A stretch of DNA of 64,000 bases. It comes from Polyangiales bacterium (GTDB lineage: Bacteria > Myxococcota_A > Polyangia > Polyangiales > JADJQN01). The stretch spans positions 1 through 64,000 of the forward strand of contig CAXNJO010000009.1 in NCBI GenBank assembly GCA_964202905.1, read 5' to 3'. The notes under the pieces were generated by a model. The model had not been told where the DNA came from, did not search any database, and saw nothing but the letters and a program-made list of their open reading frames with translations. The position numbers were made by a program, and so were the translations under genes. Below, piece after piece: positions 18,259 through 29,011 of this stretch (its first letter is position 1; each line of letters starts with the position of its first letter).

Positions 18259-19008
18259 ATGTCCTCGACCACCGCCCGCACCGCCCTCTGCGCCCTCGCG
18301 CTTGTGATCGGCCTCGACGCGCGCACGGCGGCGGCCGACGACGACACGCCCAGCGGCGCCGCGGCGGCTGACACCGCGGCCACGCCGTCCACCGCGACGC
18401 CGCTCGAAGCGCCTACCACGCCCGAGCTGCACGCCGAACAGCGCCCCACCGAGGCCGACGCCGCAGGCGCCGATCCGGACGAGGCCGCAGCGGCGCACTC
18501 CGACAGCCGCTCGCACCGCCACCAGCTCGGGTTCCGCATCGGCGCAGGCGGCGACGGGCGCTTCGCCATCCGTTACAAAGACGGCCCTTCGTGCGGCAAC
18601 GCGGCCGAGACGTTCTGTCGGCGCCTCGGCACGGGGCTGCTCGACGCCGAGCTCGGCTTCGGCGTGACCGACGCGGTGGAGGTCTCACTGCTCGGCCGCT
18701 TCGGGCTCGCGGACGACGCCGCCGCGCGTGCGCTGCCCGTGATGGTGGGGCTCGGCGTCCGCGCGTACAGCGCGCCACACGCGCTCGCCAAGATCTTCTT
18801 CGGCGCGCGCGCGATGCTCGACCTCACCGCCTCCGACGCGCCCGGCTACGGCGCCTTCGACCTCGGGTTGCGCGGCGAGTTCGGCGTGATGGTCGACGTG
18901 CTGAGGCACCTCGGCCTCTTCGCCCAGCTCGGCGCGGGCATCCACGTGCTCCAGGCCCTCAATTTCATCGGCGACGTGACCGCGGGCGTCCAGGCGCGCT
19001 TTCCTTGA
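18259..19008 (+). CDS. Putative small outer-membrane beta-barrel protein
   Basis: Signal peptide, acidic linker, alternating amphipathic beta-strands, terminal GVQARFP. Confidence 0.7.
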   Translation: MSSTTARTALCALALVIGLDARTAAADDDTPSGAAAADTAATPSTATPLEAPTTPELHAEQRPTEADAAGADPDEAAAAHSDSRSHRHQLGFRIGAGGDGRFAIRYKDGPSCGNAAETFCRRLGTGLLDAELGFGVTDAVEVSLLGRFGLADDAAARALPVMVGLGVRAYSAPHALAKIFFGARAMLDLTASDAPGYGAFDLGLRGEFGVMVDVLRHLGLFAQLGAGIHVLQALNFIGDVTAGVQARFP

Positions 19009-19016
19009 GTCCAGTG

Positions 19017-19955
19017 ATGCCTCCAAGCCCCTCAGCCCCTTCGCCCGACAACACCGCGCCCTCCACGACTGCGACCCGCCTGCCGCTCGCGCGGGTGGTG
19101 CTCGTCACGGGCAAGGGGGGCGTCGGCAAGACGACGATCGCGGCCGGGCTCGCCGTCGCGCAGGCTGCGACGGGCGGCGGCGCGGCGCTCGTCGAGTTCG
19201 GGGACGGCGAGTCGGGGCTCCGCGCGCTCGGCCGTGCCCGCGGCGTCGATCACATCGTCATCAAGCCAGACGAAGCGCTCACGCGCGCCGCGTCGCCCCT
19301 CTTCGGCTCGGGGATCCTCGCGAAGATCGCGCTCGGCAACTTCGCGGTGAAGCGCATGCTGAGGGCCGCCCCGGCCCTCCGCGAGCTCGCGATGCTCGAG
19401 TGCATCCGCCTCGTCGCGGCCGACAAACCGCGGCGCGCCGTCGTCGTGGACATGCCGGCGACCGGCCACGGCATCGCGTGGCTCCGCGTGCCCCGGCAGC
19501 TCCGCGAGGTCTCGCAGTCGGGTCCGTTCTTCGAGCTTTGCGACCGCGTCGCGCGCGAGCTCGTGACCCCGGGGCGCTGCTCGCCTGTGGTCGTCACCCT
19601 CCCGGAGAAGTTGGTGCTCAAAGAGACCCTGGAGCTCTGCGAGAGCATGGCGACGCTCGTCGGCCTGCCCGCCGCGCGGCTCGTCGTGAACCGCATGCCG
19701 TCCGCGATCGCCCACGAGGCCGTCCTCGAGGCACGGCGCCTCGGCGAGGGCACGCAGCCCCTCGCGGCCGCGGCGCGCGCGCTCGCCGAGGTGCTCGAGG
19801 CGCGCGAGGCCGCCCGGCACGAAGCGCTCACGGCCCTGGAGGACGCGCGCACGGGCGGCGCCGGGCTCGCCCCGGTGCTGATCCCCGAGTCGCCGGTCGA
19901 TCCAACGGCGCAGCAGATCGCTGAATGGCTCCGCGCAGGCGGGGCGCTGCCATGA
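19017..19955 (+). CDS. ArsA/Get3-related ATPase (first of pair)
   Basis: VTGKGGVGKTT deviant Walker A, VVDMPATGH switch II, LVVNR. Confidence 0.88.
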   Translation: MPPSPSAPSPDNTAPSTTATRLPLARVVLVTGKGGVGKTTIAAGLAVAQAATGGGAALVEFGDGESGLRALGRARGVDHIVIKPDEALTRAASPLFGSGILAKIALGNFAVKRMLRAAPALRELAMLECIRLVAADKPRRAVVVDMPATGHGIAWLRVPRQLREVSQSGPFFELCDRVARELVTPGRCSPVVVTLPEKLVLKETLELCESMATLVGLPAARLVVNRMPSAIAHEAVLEARRLGEGTQPLAAAARALAEVLEAREAARHEALTALEDARTGGAGLAPVLIPESPVDPTAQQIAEWLRAGGALP

Positions 19956-21079
19956 GCGGGCACGCACCGCGGCCGCTCCCCCGCGAGCCCCGCGTCATCG
20001 TCTGCGCGGGCGGCGGCGGCGTCGGCAAGACGACCACGTCCGCGGCCCTCGCGCTCGCGCTCGCGCGGCGCGGGTTGCGTACGCTCGTCGTGACGATCGA
20101 CCCCGCGCGGCGTCTCGCGGATGCGCTCGGCGTGACGATCGACCCGCTCCCGCACGTCGTCCACGTCGATCCGGCGACGGGCGACCGGCTCTGGGCGCTC
20201 ATGCCCGAACCCAAGGCCTCGACGCGCACCTTCATGGAGTTCCTCTTCCGCGACGAGCCCGCCTCGCTCGAGCGGCTGCTCTCGAACCGCCTGTTCCAGG
20301 CGCTCTCGGACGCGCTCGCGGGGATGCACGAGCTCGTGTGCATGACGCTCGTCGCCCGCGCCGCGAGCGAGCACACGTTCGACTACGTCGTCGTCGACAC
20401 CGCGCCCTCCCGCTACGCGCTCGACTTCGTCTCCTACCCGCCGCGGCTCGCCGCGCTGCTCGAGAGCCGCGCGCTCGGCTTCTTCGGGACGCTCGCGGAC
20501 CGCAGCGCGCCAGGAGCGGGCGAGTCGGAGGGCGCCGCCGCGAGCCTCGCCCGCAAGGGCGCCGAGGCGGCCCTCGCGCGCGGGCTCGGCGGGCGCCTCG
20601 TGCTCGACTTGACGGGCCTCTTCTCCGAGATGATGCGCGTCCGCGAGCGCTTCGCCGGCCTCGCGAACCAGAGCTCGCGGCTCCTGCTCGGCGAGGGCTC
20701 GCGCTACGTGCTCGTCGCCGCGCCCACGGGCTCGGCCCTCGCCGACGTCCGCTTCCTCGCGCGCAAGCTCGAGAAGTTCGGGCGCACGCCCTCGGGCGTC
20801 GTGCTCAACCGCGCCGACATCGCGCCCCGCGCCTGGGCGGAGCCGCTGCGGGCCGACCCCCACACCCCGCCCGCGCTCGCCGCGGCGCTCGCGCAGCTCG
20901 AGGCCGAGCGGGTGGCGCGCACGACGGCCGCCGATCAGATGGCGGAGGTCCTCGCCCGCCACCTCGCGAGCGTGCCCCGCGTGCGCCTGCCTTTCGTCGA
21001 GTCGCGGAGCCCCGCGGAGATCGTCCTGCGCCTCGCCGACGAGATCGGCAGCGGCGTGGGCGTGCTGACCGGCGCGTGA
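19952..21079 (+). CDS. ArsA/Get3-related ATPase (second of pair)
   Basis: ATGA overlap. CAGGGGVGKTT, TIDPARRLADALG, VVDTAPSR, VLNR. Confidence 0.9.
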   Translation: MSGHAPRPLPREPRVIVCAGGGGVGKTTTSAALALALARRGLRTLVVTIDPARRLADALGVTIDPLPHVVHVDPATGDRLWALMPEPKASTRTFMEFLFRDEPASLERLLSNRLFQALSDALAGMHELVCMTLVARAASEHTFDYVVVDTAPSRYALDFVSYPPRLAALLESRALGFFGTLADRSAPGAGESEGAAASLARKGAEAALARGLGGRLVLDLTGLFSEMMRVRERFAGLANQSSRLLLGEGSRYVLVAAPTGSALADVRFLARKLEKFGRTPSGVVLNRADIAPRAWAEPLRADPHTPPALAAALAQLEAERVARTTAADQMAEVLARHLASVPRVRLPFVESRSPAEIVLRLADEIGSGVGVLTGA

Positions 21080-21204
21080 ACGGGACCTGACGCCCGGATC
21101 AGGGTTTCGGACCTTCCCCGACCGCGCCGTCATGGCTGTCCGCCGCCGCTCCCGCGCGCCGGGCCCGGCCGAGCAGGCGGGCGCACGCGGGGGGCCGACG
21201 GGGA

Positions 21205-22350
21205 TCAGCCGCGCGCGTCGAGGGCGACGAACGCGCGGTCCGCGGTGCCCGTCCAGATCTGGTTGGGCCGGAAGATACGGTTGTCCTCGAGCTGCTCGAG
21301 CCAGTGCGCCAGCCAGCCGGCCACACGCGCGATGGCGAAGACCGGCGTGAAGAGATCCGTCGCGAGGCCCATCTTCTGGTAGACGATGCCCGAGTAGAAG
21401 TCGACGTTCGGGTAGACACCCTTGGCGCCGACGAGCCCGGCCATCTGCGCCTCGAGCTCGGTGGCGCGCGCGTAGAGCGGCGTCGCGCCGAGCTTCGCGA
21501 AGAGTTGCACGCCGAGCTTCTGCAGGATGCCCGCGCGCGGGTCCTTCACCTTGTACTCGCGGTGCCCGAAGCCGCTGATCTTTTCCTTCTTCGCGAGGCG
21601 GTCCGCGGCCCAGGCGCGCACATCGTCCGGCGTGTCGGCGCGCATCTCCTCGAGCATGCGCAGGACCTCCTCGTTGGCGCCGCCGTGCAGGGGCCCGGAG
21701 AGCGCGCCCACCGCCGCGGAGATCGTCACGTAGGCATCGGCGAGCGTGGAGCCGACGACGCGCGCGGAAAACGTCGAGGCGTTCATCTGGTGCTCGGCGT
21801 GGAGCACGAGCGCGGCGTCGAGCACGCGGCCCACGAGCGGATCGGGCTCGCTCCCGTCGACCATGTAGATGAAGTTCGCGGCGTGCCCGAGGTCGGTGCG
21901 CGGCGCGACGGGCTCGAGGCCGCGGCGCAGGCGGTCGGAGGCGGCGACGAGCGTCGGGAGCACGGCGACGAGACGCGTCGCGACGTCGCGGCGCTCGGCC
22001 GCGGAGCGCGGCGCGCGCTTCTCCTGCATGCCGAGCGCGAGGAGGCCGACCGAGAGCGCGTCCATCGGGTGCCCGCTCGCGGGGAGCGAGCGGAGCGTCG
22101 CGAGCACGGCGTCCGGAGCGCTGCGGAGCGACGCGAGCTGTGCGGAGAAGGCCTCGAGCTCGACGCGCGCCGGCAGGTGACCGACGAGCAGCAGATGCGC
22201 GATCTCCTCGTAGGAACAGTGCTCGGCGAGGACCTCGATGGGGTAGCCGCGGTACTGCAGCTTGCCGACCTGGCCGTCGAGGTAACAGACGCTCGACCGC
22301 GCCGCGGGGACGCCCGCAAGTCCGGGCGAATACTCGAGTTCCGTCGTCAT
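21205..22350 (-). CDS. gltA: Citrate synthase (or 2-methylcitrate synthase) family
   Basis: YRGY, HAEHQMNAST, GPLHGGANE, GFGHREY, YPNVDFYSG, RIFRP. Confidence 0.92.
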   Translation of the reverse strand: MTTELEYSPGLAGVPAARSSVCYLDGQVGKLQYRGYPIEVLAEHCSYEEIAHLLLVGHLPARVELEAFSAQLASLRSAPDAVLATLRSLPASGHPMDALSVGLLALGMQEKRAPRSAAERRDVATRLVAVLPTLVAASDRLRRGLEPVAPRTDLGHAANFIYMVDGSEPDPLVGRVLDAALVLHAEHQMNASTFSARVVGSTLADAYVTISAAVGALSGPLHGGANEEVLRMLEEMRADTPDDVRAWAADRLAKKEKISGFGHREYKVKDPRAGILQKLGVQLFAKLGATPLYARATELEAQMAGLVGAKGVYPNVDFYSGIVYQKMGLATDLFTPVFAIARVAGWLAHWLEQLEDNRIFRPNQIWTGTADRAFVALDARG

Positions 22351-22436
22351 CGCTGCTTCGTCTCCGTGGGCGGCCCGGCGCGGGCAGCGAAAACTAGACG
22401 GGATCCCCGCGCGGGACAAGCGTCACGCGGCGCCGC

Positions 22437-23330
22437 TCAGAGCGAGGAGGTCGATGGCGGCCCGGCCGGGAACGCGAGCTCCGCGGCGACGGCGGCGAGA
22501 TCCTCGGGTGACACGCGGCAACACCCGCCGAACACCCGGGCGCCTCGCGCGAAGAGCCGCTCGGCGAGGCCCGCGAGTTTTTCACGGGAGGCCCGGGCCG
22601 GCAGATCCGGAAGGCACCCCCAGGGCAAGCCCGTCGCCGCGAGCGCGGCCGCGGCGCGCTCCGCCTCGCCGAGGGAGCCGCCGCCGTTCACGCACACGAC
22701 GTCGGCGCCGGCGGCGCGCACCGCGCGCAAGACGAGCGCGGTGTCCTCGCCCGAGAGGAGACGCAGGTCCGCGGCGACCGCGAGCGACGTGATGACGGGC
22801 AGCCCCGTGCGCGCGGCGGCGCCCGTCGCGGCGACCGCTTCCCGGAGCGTGGGCATCGACTCGAGGAAGATGGCGTCGCAGCCGGCCGCCGCGAGACGCT
22901 GCGCCTGCGCGCCGTGCTCCTCGTGCAAGGCGGCGTCGGGGGGCGTCGCGTCGGGGTCCTCGCGCCCCTCGAGGGGGGCGAGCACGCCAGCGACCGCGGC
23001 CGCGCTCCCGGTGTCCTGCACCGCGTCGAGGGCGAGGTCCACGGCGCGGCTGGTGAGCGCGGCGGCGCGGTACTCGTAGCCGACCTTGCGCAGCACGCGC
23101 GGCGTCGTGCGCGCGGTGTTCGCGCGGAGGATGGTGGCGCCCGCGGCGAGGAAGCGGCGATGGATGTCGGCGATCTGGTCAGGCACCTCGCGCAGCGCCG
23201 CGCACGCGCCGAGCGGCGCCGGCAACACGTAGCCGCCGCGCGCGAGCTCGCTCGAGAGCCCCCCGTCGAACAACGACGGGAGCCCCGCGCCGAGCCGGAG
23301 TCGGAGGGCATGCGCGGCCGTCGTGGACAC
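22437..23330 (-). CDS. Homocysteine S-methyltransferase family protein
   Basis: FDGGLSSEL, HRRFLAAGA, DAIFLESM, GGCCRVSPEDL. Confidence 0.85.
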   Translation of the reverse strand: MSTTAAHALRLRLGAGLPSLFDGGLSSELARGGYVLPAPLGACAALREVPDQIADIHRRFLAAGATILRANTARTTPRVLRKVGYEYRAAALTSRAVDLALDAVQDTGSAAAVAGVLAPLEGREDPDATPPDAALHEEHGAQAQRLAAAGCDAIFLESMPTLREAVAATGAAARTGLPVITSLAVAADLRLLSGEDTALVLRAVRAAGADVVCVNGGGSLGEAERAAAALAATGLPWGCLPDLPARASREKLAGLAERLFARGARVFGGCCRVSPEDLAAVAAELAFPAGPPSTSSL

Positions 23331-23447
23331 GGACGCAGCGTACGTCCCGCCCCCCCGCGCGTAAAGCGCAGGCCGCCGCGCGCGGGGCAGGCGAGGCCCC
23401 CGGGAGAATGAGGCGTGCACATCCCGCGGCGCGGGTGCGGCCGTCGC

Positions 23448-23918
23448 TCAGCGGCGCGGCGCGAGCCGCACGGCGAGCCGCTGCGCGAGGACGGCGACGA
23501 GCGCGTCGTCGTGCTGCTCAACCTCGATGTCCGCGCGCCCCCGCAAGGCGCGGACGGCGGGGCTCGACGCGCCGCGCACGCCGACGAGCACGGAGAGCGT
23601 CGCCCGGTAGAGCCCGAGCGCAGCGTTTCCCTCGGCGACGACGAGGTCCGCGACCTCCGCCCGCGCGGCGAGCGCCGCGGTGAGTGCCTCCTGCGTGACG
23701 CCCTCCACGGGCTCCGCGAAGACGTCGACGCGGAGCCCGGCGCCCGCGAGCGCACGCGTGAGCGACCCCGCGAAGCGGCCACGCGGTGCGCGTTCCCCGG
23801 CCACGATGACGAGCGGGCCGGGAGGCGCGAGCAAGACGTCCGGCGACAACGGGGTGAATCGCGGTGCCGGCTCCGGCGCCGGGGGCGCCCCGACGAGGGG
23901 CAGGCGCAGACGCGTCAA
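23448..23918 (-). CDS. Hypothetical protein
   Basis: TTG start overlaps the stop of the thioredoxin gene; globular alpha/beta-like sequence. Confidence 0.55.
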   Translation of the reverse strand: MTRLRLPLVGAPPAPEPAPRFTPLSPDVLLAPPGPLVIVAGERAPRGRFAGSLTRALAGAGLRVDVFAEPVEGVTQEALTAALAARAEVADLVVAEGNAALGLYRATLSVLVGVRGASSPAVRALRGRADIEVEQHDDALVAVLAQRLAVRLAPRR

Positions 23919-24571
23919 GACGCGCCCGGTTGACCGCGCTCGATCTCGAAGCCGTCGGCCTCCCAATGCAGGAAGCCGCCCGCGAGAAAGCCGACGTCCA
24001 CGCCGTGCGCGCGCAGGCTCTCGGCGAGCGTCCGCCCCTCGTCGCCGCTGCGCCCATAGAGCACGCGGATGCGCCCGTCAGCGGGGGCGAGTTCCGCGGC
24101 ACGCCCGAGCACCTCGACCGCTGGCAGGTTCACCGCGCCGGGGATGCGGTAGCGGGCGAAATACGGGGCCTCGCGCACGTCCACCGGGAGCACGCGACGG
24201 CGCGTGATGAGGTCGGCGAGCTCGCGCGGGGCGATCTCGTTGGCCGCCGCGGGCAGCACCGGCTTGACCATGCGCAGGATGGCGGCCTTGTCGACGAGGC
24301 CGGCGAGCTGGTCGACGATGCGGCCGGCCGAGAGCAGCACCAGCATCGGGATCGACTGCGCTCGGAAGGACTGCGCGACCATCGGGCTGAGATCGACGTC
24401 GACTTCGACGACCTTGAGCTTGCCGGCGAGCTCCGTGGCGACCTGCGCGACGATGGGTGAGAGGGCTTTGCACGGCTCGCACCAGACGGCCGTTAGGTCG
24501 ACGAGCACCGGCAGTTCCGCGGCGAGCACCTCTCGCTCGAACGTCGCGTCGGTCACCTTGAGCACGGACAT
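23915..24571 (-). CDS. Thioredoxin-rhodanese-like fusion
   Basis: Thioredoxin domain (VLVDLTAVWCEPCK, SIPML) followed by a rhodanese-like domain (VDVRE..F...RIPGAVNLP, LAGGFLHW). Confidence 0.88.
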   Translation of the reverse strand: MSVLKVTDATFEREVLAAELPVLVDLTAVWCEPCKALSPIVAQVATELAGKLKVVEVDVDLSPMVAQSFRAQSIPMLVLLSAGRIVDQLAGLVDKAAILRMVKPVLPAAANEIAPRELADLITRRRVLPVDVREAPYFARYRIPGAVNLPAVEVLGRAAELAPADGRIRVLYGRSGDEGRTLAESLRAHGVDVGFLAGGFLHWEADGFEIERGQPGAS

Positions 24572-24686
24572 GGTCGGGGCCTCCTCGGGCGCGGGGCGGG
24601 GATCGGAGCGCCGCCAAATTAGTGCGCGCGCCCGTCCGCGACAAGGTTCGACACCCGCGGATCCCGCGGATACTCTCCCCGAGCCG

Positions 24687-27184
24687 ATGGATGTCACGTG
24701 CGAGCGCTGCGGGACGGAATACGACTTCGACGAGACGCTGGTCTCCGAGCGGGGGACGACCGTCAAGTGCACGAACTGCGGCCACCTCTTCAAGGTGTTC
24801 CGGGCGGGCGCCGCGGCCACGGAGACGGACGCCGGGGCGCCCCGCGCCTGGGCGATCCGCCGGCGCGACGGGAGCACCGAGACGCTGCCGACGCTCCGCG
24901 AGCTGCAGCGCCGCATCACGGAGGGCGCGCTCGACGAGGAGGACCTGATCTCCCGTTCGGGCGAGGGCTGGAAGCGCCTCGGCGACATCGCGGAACTCGA
25001 GACGTTCTTCCACGCGGCGCGCGCGGCGGCCGCGCCTCAGGCCGCGCCGCGACGACGCGACCACACCGACTCAGACTTCGGCACGGCGGCGCCGCACTCG
25101 GCCCCGTTCGGCCGCGCCCCCTCGAGTCCCGCGCCCGCCCGCGCCCCGCGCGGCATCGTGGGGACGCGCGAGCACGAGCATCCGTACCCACTTCCCCCGG
25201 CGCCAGGCGCGGGACGCCCGCTCTCCGAGCCCCCCCGCGCGGCGCCGCCTCCCCGGGCGCCGACGACGGTCGGTCTCGGCTCGACGCCCCCCCCGCCGAT
25301 GCACGCCGCGCCTGGCAGCGGTCGGAAACAGACGATGATGGGCGTGGGCGCCGGTTACACGGCGGCCCCCGCGCCCGCGGCGGCGCTGCCCGAGCCGCTT
25401 CCGGCGCCGCGCGTCCCGGGGGCTGCCCTGCAGCCGCCCCACGGTCGCGCGATTCCGCCGACGGCCGAGTACCCCGTCGAAGAGGTCGAACGCTACAAAG
25501 CCGCCTACGAGGCCGAGCAGGCCCGGCGCGCGGCGGCCGCACGCATCCCCGAGGTCGCCGCCGTCGATCCGGCACGGCGTCCGGCGAGCCGGTCAGACGA
25601 TGACGCGCGCGCCTTCCCACGCGGCGCCGGACGCGCCGATTCGACGGATCCCACGCTCCGACCGGCCGCCGCGGCGGCGAGCCTGCCGCCCGGCCGACTC
25701 CACGTGGACGACGATGACGACGACCACGCCCCGCGGCCCGCACGCCGGGGGCGAGCCCGCGTCGTCGTCGGACTCGCCCTCGGGCTCGGCGTGATCGGCG
25801 GCGGCGTCGCGCTCGGCTGGTCGACGATCGGCCCCGCGCTCGGGTTGTCGGCGCCGGCGGATCCCGCGGCGCCCTTCCTCGCGCGCGGCGACGAGCACCT
25901 CGCGGGTGACGCGCCCGCGTCGTTCGGGCTCGCCGTGACGGAGTACACGAAGGCGCTCGCCTTCCGCGAGCGCGATGCGCGCGTGCTCGCGGCGCTTTCG
26001 CGCGCACACGCGGTGTGGGCGCAATCGCTGCGCTTCGAGGCCGCGGACCTCGCCGCGCGCGCGCCAGCGACACCGGGCGCCGAGGCCGCCGCCGCCGCGC
26101 TCCGGCCGCAGCAGCAGGCCCACACGGGCGACGCCCTGCGCTTCGCGGAGGACGCCGTCCGGCAAAGCCCCGCGGACGCCGACGCGGAGCTCGCCCTCGC
26201 CGACGCCCAGCGACTCGCGGGCGACCTCCGCGCCGCCCGCGCGCACCTCGACCGCGCCCGCACCCTCGCTCCGGACGCCTCGGCGGAAGCGCTGCGCGTG
26301 GGCGCCCTGCTCGCGGCCGAGGAGGCCGGCGGGAGCCTCGGCGCCGCCCGCGAACTCGCCTCCGCCGCCGTGACCCGCGACCCCGCGCTCCTGCGCGCCC
26401 GCCTGCTGTTCGCGCGGGCGCTGGCACGCGATCAGCAGACCCGGCCGGGGCCCGCGTCCAGCTCGACGCGGCCCTCGCGCGCGCGCCGCGGCACGAACAC
26501 GCCGTCGCGCTGCGAGACGCGATCGAGCGCGGGCTCCCGCCCGCCGCAGCGCCCGCCGTCGCGGCCCTCGCGCCCGTCGCCGCACCGGCCGACCCGTCGG
26601 CGCCCGACGGCGTGGCCGCACCGCCGTCGCAGGCACCCACCACACCTGGGGGTGGTACCCCCACCGGTGGTGGCGGCGCGCCCGGCGGCCATGACTACGG
26701 CTACTACGTCGAGCACGGCGACCGACTGCAGCAGAGCAACCGCAGCGCCGACGCCCGGCGCCACTTCGAAGCCGCCCTCGCGCTCCGCCCGGACGGCCGC
26801 GAAGCGCTCACGGGCCTCGGCTTCATCGCGCTCGCACAGGGCGATGTCGGCGCCGCGATGGGCTACCTCCGCGCCCCGGCGGCGGTCGGCTACGGCGAGG
26901 CGATGATCGGGATGGGCGAGGCGTACCGCAAGGCGAACCGCGGGCCGGAGGCGCTCGCGGCGTACCGCGAGTACCTCGCGCGCTTCCCGTCCGGCGCCGA
27001 GGCGTCGATCGCCCGTCGCTGGGTCGACACCCTCGCCGCGCAGCACGACCGCCCCGCGGCGGCCCCGGCGGCCGAGCCCGCGGAAAGGACCGACGACGCT
27101 GCGCGGCGCGACGCGCTCCCGGCCCCGGCAGGCGCCGAGACGGCGCCACCCTCCTCGGACGCGCCCGCGCTGCAGGGCGAGTGA
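24687..27184 (+). CDS. Zinc-ribbon (MJ0042-type)/GYF-like/TM/TPR protein; apparent frameshift near 26438
   Basis: MDVTCERC...VKCTNCGHLF, Pro-rich linker, TM and TPR helices. Coding sense switches from ORF 24204..26906 to ORF 26015..27184 (DPAGARVQLDAAL...YLARFPSG). GTGA overlap with sppA. Confidence 0.78.
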
Positions 27185-29007
27185 CGGCGTCCGATACGAC
27201 CCCGGCGGACCGCGCGCCACGGCGCCGTCGGTTCGCGTGGATCGCGGCGCTCTGCGTGGCGCTCGCCGCGTGCGCCCCGCCGCACCGCGCCGCGCGCCCC
27301 GAGACGTCGGCCGGGGGCGCGGAGCTGCATGAGATCGTGCTGGAAGGCGCCCCGGCGGAGACGGGCGGGGGCGGCATGTTCGGCGCGTCCGCCCCCGCGC
27401 TGCGCGAGGTGCTGCGCGCGATCGATGCCGCGCGCACGGAGCCGGCCGCGCGGGGCGTGTTCCTGCGCATCGGTCCGCTCGGCGGTGCCTTCGGCCGCGT
27501 GGGCGACCTCCGCGCCGCGCTGGTCGCGCTCCGTGCCGCGGGCAAGCCCGTGCACTGCCACTTCGACGTGACGGACAACGCGGGCTACGCGCTGCTCGCG
27601 GCGGCGTGCGACCGCATCTCGATGACGCCGGCGGGGGACCTCGAGCTCGTCGGCGTCGCGGCGCACCTCTTCCACGCGAAGACGCTGCTCGACACGCTCG
27701 GCGTCGAGGCCCAGCTGCTCCAGATGGGCCGCTTCAAGGGCGCTGCCGAGCCCTTCACGCGGGACGCGATGTCGCCGGAGACGCGCGAGTCGATGGGCGC
27801 GATGCTCGACGACCTGCAGGCCGACCTCGTCGCGGCCATCGCGGGCGGGCGTCGACTCACGCCCGGCGCGGTGCAGGGCGCGATCGACGCGGGCCCGCAC
27901 GACGCCGCCTCCGCCCGCGACGCGGGGCTCGTCGACGCGGTCGCCTTCGACGACGAGGCCCGCGAGCGGGCCCGCGTGGCCGCACGCGCCAGACGCGTCG
28001 TGCCCGTGGCGCTGCGCGCACCGGCCGAGCCCGTCGACCTCGACACGCTGCTCGCGGCGCTCGCGGGGGAGCGGCCGCAGGACGAGGAGGCGCGCGCCCC
28101 CCGCATCGCGCTGGTGCACCTCGAGGGCGAGATCACGGACGGCGAGCGCGCGACGGGGAGCGGCAGCGGCGCGGCGGGGCCGTTCGTCCGGGAGTTGCGC
28201 CGCCTCGCGGACATCCCCGAGGTGAAGGCCATCGTGCTGCGCATCGACTCGCCCGGGGGGTCCGCGCTCGCGAGCGATCGGATGTGGCACGCCGTGCGAC
28301 GCGCGGCGGCGCGCAAGCCGGTGATCGTGTCGGTCGGCGACATGGCCGCGAGCGGCGGGTACTACATCGCCTGCGCCGGGACGGAGGTGCTCGCCCACGA
28401 CGCCAGCCTCGTCGGGTCGATCGGCGTGGTCGGCGGCAAGGTGTCCGTCGCCGGGCTCGCGGCGCGCGTCGGCGTGCACAGCGAAGTGCTCGCGCGCGGC
28501 GCGCACGCGGGCTGGTCGAGCCCGACGGCGCCGTTCAGCGACTCGGAGCGGCGCGTGGTCGAGCGCATGCTGGCGTCCACGTACGCGCGCTTTCTCGCGC
28601 GCGTCGGGAGCGCGCGACGCCTCGACGCCGGGCGCGTCGCCGCCGCGGCGGAGGGGCGCCTCTGGAGCGGCCGGCGCGCGCGGGAGCTCGGTCTGGTCGA
28701 CCGGGCAGGCGGCCTCTCCGACGCGCTCCGCGTGGCGCGCGAGCGGGGGCACCTGCCGGACGACGCGCCGGTGACCGTGTGGCCGCAGCAGCGCGCGCTC
28801 GTGGACTGGGTCGCGGATGCGCTCGGGGGTGGCCGCGACGGCGCCGACGCGCTCGCCCCGTGGGGGGCGACGGGCGGCTGGTCCGCGCTGCTCCGCGCGA
28901 TGCCGCAGGCCGCGCAGGGCCTCGCGCGTCTCGCGGCCCTCGCCCCGCTCGCGACCGGCGGCGAGCACGTCGTCGTGGCGCTGCCGTTCGCGCTCGACCT
29001 ACGCTGA
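27181..29007 (+). CDS. sppA: Signal peptide peptidase SppA (long type)
   Basis: GRFKGAAEPF, LRIDSPGGS, MAASGGYY, VGSIGV, GRLWSG, GLVD. Confidence 0.92.
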   Translation: MTASDTTPADRAPRRRRFAWIAALCVALAACAPPHRAARPETSAGGAELHEIVLEGAPAETGGGGMFGASAPALREVLRAIDAARTEPAARGVFLRIGPLGGAFGRVGDLRAALVALRAAGKPVHCHFDVTDNAGYALLAAACDRISMTPAGDLELVGVAAHLFHAKTLLDTLGVEAQLLQMGRFKGAAEPFTRDAMSPETRESMGAMLDDLQADLVAAIAGGRRLTPGAVQGAIDAGPHDAASARDAGLVDAVAFDDEARERARVAARARRVVPVALRAPAEPVDLDTLLAALAGERPQDEEARAPRIALVHLEGEITDGERATGSGSGAAGPFVRELRRLADIPEVKAIVLRIDSPGGSALASDRMWHAVRRAAARKPVIVSVGDMAASGGYYIACAGTEVLAHDASLVGSIGVVGGKVSVAGLAARVGVHSEVLARGAHAGWSSPTAPFSDSERRVVERMLASTYARFLARVGSARRLDAGRVAAAAEGRLWSGRRARELGLVDRAGGLSDALRVARERGHLPDDAPVTVWPQQRALVDWVADALGGGRDGADALAPWGATGGWSALLRAMPQAAQGLARLAALAPLATGGEHVVVALPFALDLR

Positions 29008-29011
29008 CGCG

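Noticed and set aside
19017..21079. Arsenic-resistance operon
   Set aside because: No arsB, acr3, arsC, arsR or arsD nearby, and no recognisable ArsA metalloid-binding motif.
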